Below, piece after piece: positions 1 to 10,371 of a DNA stretch of 64,000 bases. The notes under the pieces were generated by a model that ran no database searches, had not been told where the DNA came from, and saw nothing but the letters and a program-made list of their open reading frames with translations. The first letter of the stretch is position 1, and each line of letters starts with the position of its first letter. The stretch is taken from positions 160,001-224,000 of IMG/VR virus record IMGVR_UViG_3300048854_000081. One strand, given 5' to 3'. Source of the stretch: a virus (lineage: Duplodnaviria; Caudoviricetes). Position numbers and translations under genes: made by a program.

Positions 1-3000
1 AGCATCCATAAAGGCATGCATACCAGTGATGTACGTAGGATAGGCTGAAATTGTGTTCGAAATGACGGTCTGGTCAGCCAAGAAAATCTGGCTGGATTCA
101 TCATTTCTAAGAACCAATAGCTTGTCCTTGGTCAAAAGATTACCGTATTGATCGTAAATCTTCTGATTGGTTAGAACGTCCTTTCTATCATTGCTGATTG
201 TGTCGGCAAGAATACCTTGTGGATGGTTGATCGTCAAAGCCTTCTTGTAAGGATTCAACATGAATTGAGGATATAGAGTCTGCTCTCTGTAAATCTTAAA
301 GTAATAATTACCCTTACCCGGAGCACCAAATTCAATGAATCGACCAGCCTTGGCATCTGCGTTCGTGTAAGACAACTGGAAACCCTTACCGTCGTTCGTA
401 GGAACGATGAAGTAAGGCACAAACTGCTTCAATGGATTGTCAAACGGTTCCGGTAGAATGGTATTGTCTGGCGCAATCAGAACTACTCTCTGAGCAAGAT
501 TTGCTTGAGTGCTAGCAATGTTTACATTGGAATCAGTGTATAGGAATCGGTTATTCTTATAATCGGCAGTGATTTGATATTCAAGATCAGTTTCCTGTCT
601 CAAGGAAGACTGTGTGTACAACCAATTGATATAGTATTCAATTTCTAGCTGCCATTCGTTCATACGACCAGTCGAAGGGTCGGTGTTATCTGCATCAAGA
701 ACCTTGGTATCAAAACCAATGCTTGCTAGATAATCCGAATAACCATCGATAAAGTCAACCATCTGCTGGATACCAGTGATGTAGATTGGCTGAGCAACAG
801 TCTTGACCGCGCGAGTATCCGAGTAATGCTTTCTCCATGAAGTAGCAATTACATTACCACCCATGGCGTTAAAGGTGTACTGGATTCTACCGACGTATGG
901 CTGTGTAGTTCCGCTTGAAATAGGCGTTATCAAACCCTTCGACTGTAGAGCACCCGCAGAGGTGGTACTTAGCGAGAACTTGTAATCAGTCAATCTTACG
1001 ATGTAATACGGGGTATTGTCATCGAATGGGGCTGGTAGAACGCTATCGGTGGATAGATACACTTCTGTACCGGTTGCCCAAGTATCTGGAAGAGTTCTTC
1101 TATTGGAAGGATAAGCTATACCATCGACTGTAGCCGATGTCAAGGTTACCGATTCAGAAACGAAAATCTTGGTGATCGAATTAGCAATATCGTAATAAAT
1201 CGACTTAATGGTGTATGTACCGTTAAATTGAGTCGAACCACCGATGGTGAAGGTCGAACCTTCTTCAAAGGCACCCGTCAAGTTACCATTAAGGTCAAAG
1301 AACTTCTGGAACTCATAACCACCATTAATTGGAGTGGATACGGCTACATAATTGTCGTGCATGGTAGCAAATAGACCCATATCCGACACGCTGATCGTAG
1401 AATTGGATTGAATGGAGATATTACCATTATTCAAATAAGCAAGCGCGGCAGTACCCAACTGATCATTCAATGCATTGATAGCATCGTTAATGGTTGGAGC
1501 TAAAGCCTGCGTCAAGCTCAATGTAATGGTAGACGAACCAACTGTAACGTTAGCCTTATACTGTGTGGTACCAATATAATTTGTGGTGTCTGATAGATCG
1601 GCAGTTTCACTATAGCTTACATTCACGTAAGTTACTGGTGAAGTAATACCTGCGTCAACGATGTCGTACGCATAGATTTCAAACTGGTTCGAATTCTTGA
1701 CGACACGGAATTCAAAGTTTTCTTTAGGATAGAACGAAATATCACGACTTACTGGGGAAGTCGTGGTGAACTGTGCTGTCCAACCCGCACCCAAGCTTCT
1801 TGTCTTGGAATACTTTGAAGGAATGCTTAGTGTAGTAGAAATTAACGAATCGAACCAAATGTCATTAAAACCATAAGTTTTCTTTACACCGACGGCATAA
1901 TCCTTGCTGGTGATGTCAAATACTTGACTATCCACGCTCAGGGTTGGCGTATCGATATAGGAACCTACAAGATAGGATAGGTTGGTGTCCCAAGTCTTCC
2001 AAAGAGCCTTGAACTGGGAAGCCTCACCATCATAACCATGATAGCGGTTGTACTGAATGTACCACTGGTTTAGACCATGGGAAACGAATACGTTACCGTT
2101 TGGATCGTTATCACCGTGGAAAATCGTATCCATGTGGGAGAATACACGCATGGTGGTATCGTCCACATCGAGACAGTTAATTTTTTCAAACTTATTGGCA
2201 TTGAACGTTCTGTAGATGAAGTTAATTGGATCGATTTTGAAGGCGATCATCATCTTATCGTAAAGATACTGTGCCGATGTCTTCCAAGCCCATTCATTAG
2301 GGTTACCATCACCGAACGTATAGTCGATGTTTGGTGTATTAACTACCTGATCCAAGTTGGCATCATAAGGAGTTCTTACCTTTGGATTACTGCTGTTAGC
2401 ACTATTCCAGTAAGGAGGTAGCAATGCATCAGCCACATAACCGTCAGCGGTGGATACTGCATTCATGTTAACTGGAATGTAAGCATACTTAGGAACTGTC
2501 GAGTTGGCAAAGCCAGTCGAAATTGTACCATTTGGTAATAGCTGGCTCTGCGGTACGATACCGGTTAGGATATTGTTCCACATGAAGCTCTTCCAACGAC
2601 GAGCACCAGTTGTGTCAAGGTAAGTTGTGTCCCACCATGTAGGCTTGTTGGTGTAACCCTGAAGCTTCCATGGTTCCATGTGAGGATATGGTGTCTTATA
2701 AAGCTTTGTGTACAGAACTTCGAAGCTGGCTGCAACATCGTAAGATGGAAGACCGGTTACTGGGTGGCTCTGAACTGGGGTAAACTCATAATTCCAAGTA
2801 AATGGATCATTCTGGCGGAAACCCGTGTTTAGTAGTGGAGTCTTCACATTGTTGGAAGCTGCCCACGAACTGAACTGTGTATTGCTTAGAGCGGTGTAGC
2901 GTTCATTTGTTTCGCTGGTCGTGTAGTCATAGATCGGCGAAGTAACGACTGGACATGCGTCGTATAGCTCCTGTTCGATGGCTAGTGCCAATCCGGAGTA

Positions 3001-6000
3001 CAATGCTTGGAAATCTATGGCTTCCCATGTCGTGTTGACTGCTAAGCGATACAGGGTGCGTGTCTTGGCTACTGTATTCAGACGAACCAGTAGAGAACCG
3101 TTAGGTAGTGTTGGGAATGCTGTTGCTTCCGATGTTACAGTCTGTTGAACAACACCCGACTTGGCTAGATTATTGTAGAACGAAAGAATGACTGAGGTTG
3201 GAAGAGTTACGTCCTGAATATGACCGTCATGACACACGACGGAATGAATACCCATCGAAGCATCGTCTAATAGATATGGAGCAACCTTTTGGGTCAAGCC
3301 AAGGAATGCTGTTGTAGCGATCCAACCCTTGATACCGGTGTCAGTAGCAGCATCATAAGTCGTGCTGTCACCAAACCATTCGTCAACCTTATCATTGGTC
3401 TCATATTCTTCGATCATGTCAGAATTAAAGCCAGCCACAAGACCGGTCAAATTGGTAAAGCTGGTACCAGACAATAGCGAAGAGCATACATTCTTGATGT
3501 ATTCTTCTTGAATTAGATTGTAACCGTTCAAATACTGATCGTTGGCAAACTGGAACAATTGTAACGGAGTTACATTGTTTACGAATACAGACGATACCGA
3601 TAAGTCGAAACCGTTGTTATGTTCCTTGATTGTACCACCTAGACCATAGTTTACGTTATCACTCAAGTAAACCTGATTGATATTGCTAGAGTTTACGATA
3701 CCCGGTACTTTTTGGGATAGGATAATAGTACTGAAATGCTTCAAGCATTCCGATAGATTGATATCCGATCTTAGTTCATGGTCAATGTTGTAGAACCATG
3801 TATTAGGGATATCCCACGAACCATCACTTAGCTTGACCGGTACGAACTGCTCATTCTTCAAACCGCGCTTCCAAATGGTCTGAAGTGGGTAATTAGGCTG
3901 GGAGAAGTTCTTGTACGAATATAGTTCACCGGTATCTGGATTGGACAATTCCTGTACGAAGCCATAATCATTAGTCGATGTATCGTTAACGATTCTCTTC
4001 AATACGTAATTGTTGACCGGATAGGTGTTCTCTTCACGGTAGGTAAAGATGCGGGAAGCAATATCCTTAGCCTGACCATGAATGTCATAGATGTTGAAGA
4101 ATGGATAAACGTTCTTCTCTGGCTTGTCCTGTTCTAGCTTTCTGTATCTGGTTAGGTTAACCAAATCGTAAGGTAGGGTTGGATCAAGCACATTCTGTGT
4201 GGTAACCACACGCACTGCACGTCTACCGATGTCATTTAGGGTGTACTCACCCAATTCTACACGAATTAGATCGTCGATGCTGAATTTAACGTTACTGTTA
4301 AACTTGATAGAACCAACATAATCATTATTGATATCCGAACGAATATCTTGGAAATTACCGTACTGGCGTTCACCATTTAGATAAACACGGATGTCGCCTT
4401 CCTGATAGTCATCATAAAGAACCAAACTATGCAATGAATTATCAAAGCGAATGGTTGGACCATAGACATCACCACCGTAGAAAGATAGCGACTGCCATAC
4501 TAGACCTACGTTGGTTTCAAATTGGTTATTGGTGTCTACATAAGACTTGACAAACACGTCAAGCATAGGGTTTTTATCAGGATTCATGGAAGATGCAGAA
4601 ACATCCTTCATGCCATAGAAAATCCAATGCTTATCATAACCCGACCACTGGTCACCCTTCGCGGTGAATTCTGGACCGACAAAGGCACCGATTGGTAGGT
4701 CGAAAGGATCAACTACATTTGCGGTTAGAGTAATGAAAGTCTGGAATGCACTAACTACACCAGTCTGCTTGAAAGTTGCCGAAGCGACTGTGTATAGACC
4801 GTTATTGGAATGGGAACCACCAATGCGGATACGTGAACCCGGTAGGATATCCTGTGCAAGATTACCAAACGACTGATTCAAAAGAATAGTGTTGGAGCTT
4901 GAGAAGATAAAGGCTGGATTGTTGGTATCGTTAATGGAAATATTCGATATTTCGAATATGGTTGGTTCAACCGTCGTGTCGCTATACAGGTCAGTGGTTA
5001 GGGTTTTGTACTTCCACTCATAACCAACTAGGGAAACAGAAGACAACTCTAGGAATGGATCGAATTCGATGATTGGTAGCTGTGCTCTGGATTTACCAGA
5101 GAACGACACCAATTCATTCTTATGAATCCACTTGTTAGCAGCCGACCATGCGTCAGTCTGTGTCAGCGACAATTTGTAACGCTGATGTGTAGCCGCTACA
5201 AGAAGCGAGATATTGTACACGACCGAAGTCCACGCAGTACCATTCCACTGGTTTAGCGTGTCTGTGGTTGGATTCACCCACAACTGATAAATGGTTGGGA
5301 ATGTTGGCGGTGTTTCGCTGATAATGTAATCGTAAATGGTCTGACGCGAAATGGTGTAATCCAGTTCGACCTTAGAGAATGCACGGACACTGGAATCGAT
5401 ACCCAAGAAATTGCTTTCTACGGAAATGATCTGATATTCACCAGCATTTGGACCATTCAATACCTGAAGCACGTCACCCGGACGAACCTGTTCATTAACG
5501 AAATTGAAGCTGTTATCACGGATACCATGCTCACCTAGGTTAGAATAACCCGACGAAGACGAAATTAGTAGTTGGTTTCTGAACCAAACTAGACCACCTA
5601 GAAAAATATTGTCCCATTTAGCATTATAATTAATGATCGAATCACCAGAAACCGATTCAAATTCAGCATCCACCAACGATGCCATAGGCATCATCGATAT
5701 AAACTTCCATGAAGGGCTGGTAGGAATAGTTTCGTTAACGATAATTGTGGTGGTATTCGTAGGAATATCATAGGACGAAGACACTGTGGACCATAGAGTA
5801 TCAGTTCCAGCGTTGTTCTTCAAGGTAATGAATACATAACCTTCGGTAAATACCGTGCTAAAGTCACCGGTCAATACAAATGCATTATTGACATTATCGG
5901 TAGATTTGATAGCGATGTTGAAATTATAGATTGTCTGATAGTCAATATCGCTACCTAAACTGTTCAACAACTGAATTTGTGTCTTACCCGTAGTTGGGTT

Positions 6001-6654
6001 CAATGAAATGTTTACAATTTCATTAATTAAATAATTATTAGCCGATGCACCAAGCAATACGTAGTCACCGATAAGGAAATTGGTCAGTACGTTACCTGTG
6101 ATAGCCACATTGAATTCATCTACCTTGGTAATAGAGAATGCTGGTCTGATCTTGGTGATGGTCTTCTTGAACTCGACACTACGTGCCTGAGTCCATGTTT
6201 TCTGGTTCTTGATCGTAATATAATCAGGAACGTCATTGATGTCAACCGAATCCCAGTAATAGTCCTGATAATTAACCAATTTGTCTACGTCAATAGGTGG
6301 CACGTAGTTAAACTGTAGAGAATTACCCCATTCATTAAACTTATCAACGTCAACATCCAAGCGTGCGAGACGCTTTAGATAATCTTCGAAAGTAAGGTAT
6401 AGGGTTTCAGAACCAATGGTTGCGGATGCAATTGGTTGTAGCTGGTTATTTTGACGATAGGTGGTTTGTTCGATTACACGCTTAAGCGGGCTTGCCGGAT
6501 CGTTATCCCCGATAATACCCACGATGTGCTGATACTCATCCTTGGTTAGATATCTGTTGAATAAGTTTTCATTTAGATTCTTAAGAAATGCAGTCTTATT
6601 CTGTGCAGGTAAAAAATCATTAAGATTAGTACGTGGCTTTTTGTAATCACTCAT
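1..6654 (-). CDS. Giant virion structural protein (baseplate wedge/tail-associated), partial, >2200 aa, runs off the left edge
   Basis: ATG at 6654 reads MSDYKKPRTNLNDFLPAQNKTAFLKNLNENLFNRYLTKDE...PPIDVDKLVNYQDYYW. The frame appears open toward base 1, and it is absent from the ORF track because no stop lies in the window. It sits downstream of the gp6-like gene with a late promoter at 6684-6690. Confidence 0.75.
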   Translation of the reverse strand, partial: MSDYKKPRTNLNDFLPAQNKTAFLKNLNENLFNRYLTKDEYQHIVGIIGDNDPASPLKRVIEQTTYRQNNQLQPIASATIGSETLYLTFEDYLKRLARLDVDVDKFNEWGNSLQFNYVPPIDVDKLVNYQDYYWDSVDINDVPDYITIKNQKTWTQARSVEFKKTITKIRPAFSITKVDEFNVAITGNVLTNFLIGDYVLLGASANNYLINEIVNISLNPTTGKTQIQLLNSLGSDIDYQTIYNFNIAIKSTDNVNNAFVLTGDFSTVFTEGYVFITLKNNAGTDTLWSTVSSSYDIPTNTTTIIVNETIPTSPSWKFISMMPMASLVDAEFESVSGDSIINYNAKWDNIFLGGLVWFRNQLLISSSSGYSNLGEHGIRDNSFNFVNEQVRPGDVLQVLNGPNAGEYQIISVESNFLGIDSSVRAFSKVELDYTISRQTIYDYIISETPPTFPTIYQLWVNPTTDTLNQWNGTAWTSVVYNISLLVAATHQRYKLSLTQTDAWSAANKWIHKNELVSFSGKSRAQLPIIEFDPFLELSSVSLVGYEWKYKTLTTDLYSDTTVEPTIFEISNISINDTNNPAFIFSSSNTILLNQSFGNLAQDILPGSRIRIGGSHSNNGLYTVASATFKQTGVVSAFQTFITLTANVVDPFDLPIGAFVGPEFTAKGDQWSGYDKHWIFYGMKDVSASSMNPDKNPMLDVFVKSYVDTNNQFETNVGLVWQSLSFYGGDVYGPTIRFDNSLHSLVLYDDYQEGDIRVYLNGERQYGNFQDIRSDINNDYVGSIKFNSNVKFSIDDLIRVELGEYTLNDIGRRAVRVVTTQNVLDPTLPYDLVNLTRYRKLEQDKPEKNVYPFFNIYDIHGQAKDIASRIFTYREENTYPVNNYVLKRIVNDTSTNDYGFVQELSNPDTGELYSYKNFSQPNYPLQTIWKRGLKNEQFVPVKLSDGSWDIPNTWFYNIDHELRSDINLSECLKHFSTIILSQKVPGIVNSSNINQVYLSDNVNYGLGGTIKEHNNGFDLSVSSVFVNNVTPLQLFQFANDQYLNGYNLIQEEYIKNVCSSLLSGTSFTNLTGLVAGFNSDMIEEYETNDKVDEWFGDSTTYDAATDTGIKGWIATTAFLGLTQKVAPYLLDDASMGIHSVVCHDGHIQDVTLPTSVILSFYNNLAKSGVVQQTVTSEATAFPTLPNGSLLVRLNTVAKTRTLYRLAVNTTWEAIDFQALYSGLALAIEQELYDACPVVTSPIYDYTTSETNERYTALSNTQFSSWAASNNVKTPLLNTGFRQNDPFTWNYEFTPVQSHPVTGLPSYDVAASFEVLYTKLYKTPYPHMEPWKLQGYTNKPTWWDTTYLDTTGARRWKSFMWNNILTGIVPQSQLLPNGTISTGFANSTVPKYAYIPVNMNAVSTADGYVADALLPPYWNSANSSNPKVRTPYDANLDQVVNTPNIDYTFGDGNPNEWAWKTSAQYLYDKMMIAFKIDPINFIYRTFNANKFEKINCLDVDDTTMRVFSHMDTIFHGDNDPNGNVFVSHGLNQWYIQYNRYHGYDGEASQFKALWKTWDTNLSYLVGSYIDTPTLSVDSQVFDITSKDYAVGVKKTYGFNDIWFDSLISTTLSIPSKYSKTRSLGAGWTAQFTTTSPVSRDISFYPKENFEFRVVKNSNQFEIYAYDIVDAGITSPVTYVNVSYSETADLSDTTNYIGTTQYKANVTVGSSTITLSLTQALAPTINDAINALNDQLGTAALAYLNNGNISIQSNSTISVSDMGLFATMHDNYVAVSTPINGGYEFQKFFDLNGNLTGAFEEGSTFTIGGSTQFNGTYTIKSIYYDIANSITKIFVSESVTLTSATVDGIAYPSNRRTLPDTWATGTEVYLSTDSVLPAPFDDNTPYYIVRLTDYKFSLSTTSAGALQSKGLITPISSGTTQPYVGRIQYTFNAMGGNVIATSWRKHYSDTRAVKTVAQPIYITGIQQMVDFIDGYSDYLASIGFDTKVLDADNTDPSTGRMNEWQLEIEYYINWLYTQSSLRQETDLEYQITADYKNNRFLYTDSNVNIASTQANLAQRVVLIAPDNTILPEPFDNPLKQFVPYFIVPTNDGKGFQLSYTNADAKAGRFIEFGAPGKGNYYFKIYREQTLYPQFMLNPYKKALTINHPQGILADTISNDRKDVLTNQKIYDQYGNLLTKDKLLVLRNDESSQIFLADQTVISNTISAYPTYITGMHAFMDA

Positions 6655-6705
6655 TTAGACAGTCCATCATAAAATATATCTACTATTTATGGATGGACTG
6701 TCTAA
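6655..6705 (-). promoter_or_regulatory. Late promoter ATAAATA inside a 14-bp inverted repeat covering the translation initiation region of the giant ORF
   Basis: TTAGACAGTCCATC (6655-6668) / GATGGACTGTCTAA (6692-6705); TATTTAT at 6684-6690. Confidence 0.65.
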
Positions 6706-6721
6706 GTTTATTTTGACCTTT

Positions 6722-9619
6722 TTAATACAACTTTAAGGTCGCAGGAGTTAAGGAATCGACAATGATAATATCATCAACCGAAATGCTTGGCTGAATTATC
6801 TCATTTTCCTTAGCATACACTTGGAACATTTCACCAAAAACGTGAGTATTGTAGGTTGGAACCGGTACAATAGAGCTAATATCGTTTGGTAATGTTGAGT
6901 GAATGTAGGTCGCCATGTCAGTGAAATAGAACGTCTGACCAAATTCCCATTGATTAATATCGAAATATGTGTTAATAGCATCCACAATCGCAGTCTTAAT
7001 CTGGTTATTAGTTAAAGTTTTATTCTGCGATCTAATAACCTTGAAGGAAGCCTGTAGAGTATTATCAGCCTTATCACCAAATACTAACTTAATGACACCC
7101 GGATGTAAGATAACTGTATCGGTAATCATCTTACTTTCTAGTAGATAACTATAGCTCGACTTCAATTCAAATGGTGTTGGGGCCTTTGGCTTGTCGGTGA
7201 TCTTGTCAGTCAACCACTGTCTCAATAGAGTGTAGTAGCCGCGAGTGACAACATAGGTATCGATAATGTTCGATGGTGAAGGATCAACCAAGTGGTAACG
7301 TGGAGTTCTATGCAACCACAAGAAATTGATATTTTCTCTACCATTTTCTCTCTTCCACAATCCAGTACCAGCAGCTTGATCAGCAGCATATGCATTCAAG
7401 GTAGCGGTAGAAGCTGGTACGAATACCCATTCACAGCCATTGGTGCAGGCACGGTTGAAGTAGACGAAGGTAGAAGGCGAAATCAAATACGATAATGTTA
7501 CGAAGTCAGGAATGCCATCACCATCTGAGTCACCCGGTAGAGTGATTACATCGCTGGTGCTTTCCAATCCCTTATTCTCACCAGTATCAAAAATCATCTG
7601 GCTGGCAACATTCAGGGTGTAGTTCGTCGTTAGGATCGAACCGGTTGGAGTCGTATTCGCAGACAATACCACAATCTCATCATAATTACCATTTAAAGTA
7701 TCATAAGTGATCGTTTTAGCATTATTATTAGAAATCCAGAACTTCACGCTGTCACTGTGAACAATGATGCGTTGAGCCAAGAAATTGATGTTCCAATAGT
7801 TGTCAGTCTGTAACTCTACAGAAATCCAGTACGTTACTGGCTGATCCAATGCAACCTGCCATGTATTCGAAGATACATCAAAGTTTAGATAAACGGTCTT
7901 AGGTGGAGCATTGATCGCTACCGATAGAGCATTTCTGATAGCTAATTTTTCTGCGGAGGTGAATGTAGTTCTTACCAAAGCAGGAATGACACCAGCTAGT
8001 AACGACTTGATATAGAATTCATTGGTCGAAAGAATTGGCTCAATGTAGTTGGAAACAAGAGCAGTCGTCAGACTGATGTTGGCACCAAAGTCAGCAGCCG
8101 GTAGGAAACCCGGAGCAACGCGGTTATTAACCACATAATTATTGAAATATATTACACCATCATCCGAGAATATCTTGACGTTATCATAATATTCCTTTGC
8201 ATCATGCCATTCAATATACTTCGAATCACCAGCGAAAGTACGGTTGATTGAACGAAGCTTAAGAATACTGTTATCCTGAAGCATGAATTCGTTATAGTCA
8301 CGACCGTTAACCATTCTGTCCTGTGTATAGTATACGGCAGGCGCAATTCTCTTAATGTGTTCAATGTCTTCAGATGGAGCGGCATTCTGGATAGAATCCA
8401 CCAACGAGAAGGCAAACGTTAGAGTCTGCTTCTTACCATTGTTATCTGCATATGGAAGGGTGTTAGATGAACTCTGAATAGCATTAGCTGGAATGACAAT
8501 ATCATCATTTGCAGAAACACGAGACCAGATTTCAAATGTACCTGAAGGAATGTTAGCAAAGTTACCATCACCGAAGATCAAACGGAACTGATCGTTATCC
8601 AAAGTTTCGGTTTCGTACTTGTTACGATTTGGATTGGTGTTGAAGATGATGTTCTGAGAGTTAGCAACGTCAACCTGAACCCATTCACCCGCACGTAGTT
8701 CTGTACTACCGTCACCAACCACGATTTGGCCTGTAGTTGGATCAATATTGTTTACCCAAACGTCAGTATCATTCGAATTATTAATAAGAATATCAAAGGT
8801 TTGGTTAGGAGTTACACCGTCAAAGACAGTCTGTGTACGCTGCAACTGACCCTGTTTAGTAAAGAAGAAGAAGCCTGTGTTATCGGAAGCATCACCAAGA
8901 CCGTCAGACAAATATAGGATATTCATCTTTAAGTTCTTTTCTGGACGCTTTTCGTAAGGACCATTCTCATTCAACTGGGCGCTTACCAATTCCATAGGGT
9001 AAGTCTGACCGGAAACGCTGATGTTGTAGGTCAAAACGTTATTATTGATAGGATTGTTATCCAAACCATAAAGTTCAAATACAACGTCCTGTACCTGCAC
9101 ACGATCCGAAGGAACAACTGAACCGAAGTTCTGTTCCAACACACGGTTCATGATTATAATGAATTGATCTTTCCACTGGTCATTATTTGGATCATTCCAG
9201 TAGATCGTCTTATTAGTTAGGTCATTACCTCTTGAATCGAATACCTGTTCTGTAGTAGAAACAGAATTAATCTTTACCAAGCCACGGGCTGGTAGGTTTC
9301 TTGAGGAATTATAGGATAAAGTCTTGGCTACACGAAGGACGGACTCTTTTCTACTGGCCTGAGTACCAATAGATTCATGAGCGTTCATATCCTGACGATA
9401 GGCGATAAGCTCACCGACGTAGGCGAACAATTCAAGGATAGCAACTAGTTCGGATGATTCAATGTAGTCGTTGAAATCTTCTTCAGGATAATAAAGTTTC
9501 AAGTAGTCTAGCAAAGACTTTTTGATGGTATCGTAATCCCACGCAGTGAAATTCACCTGCTGAAAGGCTTCATATGCCATTTCCCAAGTTTCTGCTCTAC
9601 TGATAATTCTAGCTGCCAT
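6722..9619 (-). CDS. gp6: Baseplate wedge subunit (T4 gp6-like)
   Basis: N-terminal DYDTIKKSLLDYLK..FNDYIESSE..LELFAY, IFGDGNFANIP, and EDIEHIKRIAPAVYYTQDRMVNGRDY motifs typical of gp6/baseplate J. Confidence 0.85.
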   Translation of the reverse strand: MAARIISRAETWEMAYEAFQQVNFTAWDYDTIKKSLLDYLKLYYPEEDFNDYIESSELVAILELFAYVGELIAYRQDMNAHESIGTQASRKESVLRVAKTLSYNSSRNLPARGLVKINSVSTTEQVFDSRGNDLTNKTIYWNDPNNDQWKDQFIIIMNRVLEQNFGSVVPSDRVQVQDVVFELYGLDNNPINNNVLTYNISVSGQTYPMELVSAQLNENGPYEKRPEKNLKMNILYLSDGLGDASDNTGFFFFTKQGQLQRTQTVFDGVTPNQTFDILINNSNDTDVWVNNIDPTTGQIVVGDGSTELRAGEWVQVDVANSQNIIFNTNPNRNKYETETLDNDQFRLIFGDGNFANIPSGTFEIWSRVSANDDIVIPANAIQSSSNTLPYADNNGKKQTLTFAFSLVDSIQNAAPSEDIEHIKRIAPAVYYTQDRMVNGRDYNEFMLQDNSILKLRSINRTFAGDSKYIEWHDAKEYYDNVKIFSDDGVIYFNNYVVNNRVAPGFLPAADFGANISLTTALVSNYIEPILSTNEFYIKSLLAGVIPALVRTTFTSAEKLAIRNALSVAINAPPKTVYLNFDVSSNTWQVALDQPVTYWISVELQTDNYWNINFLAQRIIVHSDSVKFWISNNNAKTITYDTLNGNYDEIVVLSANTTPTGSILTTNYTLNVASQMIFDTGENKGLESTSDVITLPGDSDGDGIPDFVTLSYLISPSTFVYFNRACTNGCEWVFVPASTATLNAYAADQAAGTGLWKRENGRENINFLWLHRTPRYHLVDPSPSNIIDTYVVTRGYYTLLRQWLTDKITDKPKAPTPFELKSSYSYLLESKMITDTVILHPGVIKLVFGDKADNTLQASFKVIRSQNKTLTNNQIKTAIVDAINTYFDINQWEFGQTFYFTDMATYIHSTLPNDISSIVPVPTYNTHVFGEMFQVYAKENEIIQPSISVDDIIIVDSLTPATLKLY

Positions 9620-9648
9620 TAATAATCCTGAAGTTTGTACTATTTATT

Positions 9649-10020
9649 TTAACTACTGGCGAATTCAATTCGCAGATCAAATTTGTCACTAAAGTTTAAA
9701 TAAGCATAATAAACGTCAGCAAACACCATAATTGCGTTTTGGTCATACACCGGTACAATCTGTAACTCGTTTAATTGAACGCGAGGATCATTTTTGAAAA
9801 CTTTAGTGATATCTTCTTCAATAATGAAAATGGTTGTATCATCCAATGGTTCGAAGACCAAATCTGGAATACGCGTACCATATTCGAACATCATTACGCG
9901 CTCACCCGGACGGGTGTATATTTCATTTACCAAATCCTGTTTGATAAGAGAGACATTCGTTAAAATGAATTCTTTCTTGGTTTGGAATTGTAATGTTGAA
10001 AAACCTACGTAACGATCCAT
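9649..10020 (-). CDS. gp25: Baseplate wedge subunit (gp25-like)
   Basis: TRPGERVMMFEYGTRIPDLVFEP and DPRV motifs. Confidence 0.9.
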   Translation of the reverse strand: MDRYVGFSTLQFQTKKEFILTNVSLIKQDLVNEIYTRPGERVMMFEYGTRIPDLVFEPLDDTTIFIIEEDITKVFKNDPRVQLNELQIVPVYDQNAIMVFADVYYAYLNFSDKFDLRIEFASS

Positions 10021-10044
10021 AAATTACCTATAATCCAATATTTA

Positions 10045-10371
10045 TTATCTGCGCCAGAACTGACCGCGCTGGATCGTGTCCTCACCTTCAACTCGGTTGA
10101 TGGATTGGGAACCCGTACCACCATCGTCGGTGAACTGTGGCTCGTGACCAGTGTTATATTCTGATTGATCGCTTGGTGAGTTTGTCGAACTGTTACCCAT
10201 CAAACCTCTAGCCCACGGCTCATGCTGTGGAACACGATTGGTCATCGGTGCACTATCAGCGTTAGATAGGCAAGCAGGGCTTGCAATCTTAGGCATTGAT
10301 GAGTTATACACCGGATCAATCGGGAAGGCAGGCATACCATTGACTACACCATCATTAACTACAATACTCAT
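10045..10371 (-). CDS. Small baseplate hub/spike-associated protein (resembles a detached C-terminus of the hub protein)
   Basis: RVPQHEPW motif; ATGA overlap with the upstream gp5-like gene. Confidence 0.5.
   Translation of the reverse strand: MSIVVNDGVVNGMPAFPIDPVYNSSMPKIASPACLSNADSAPMTNRVPQHEPWARGLMGNSSTNSPSDQSEYNTGHEPQFTDDGGTGSQSINRVEGEDTIQRGQFWRR

Noticed and set aside
2077-4876. Short plus-strand ORFs (2077, 3289, 4664)
   Set aside because: Antisense shadows of the giant minus-strand ORF
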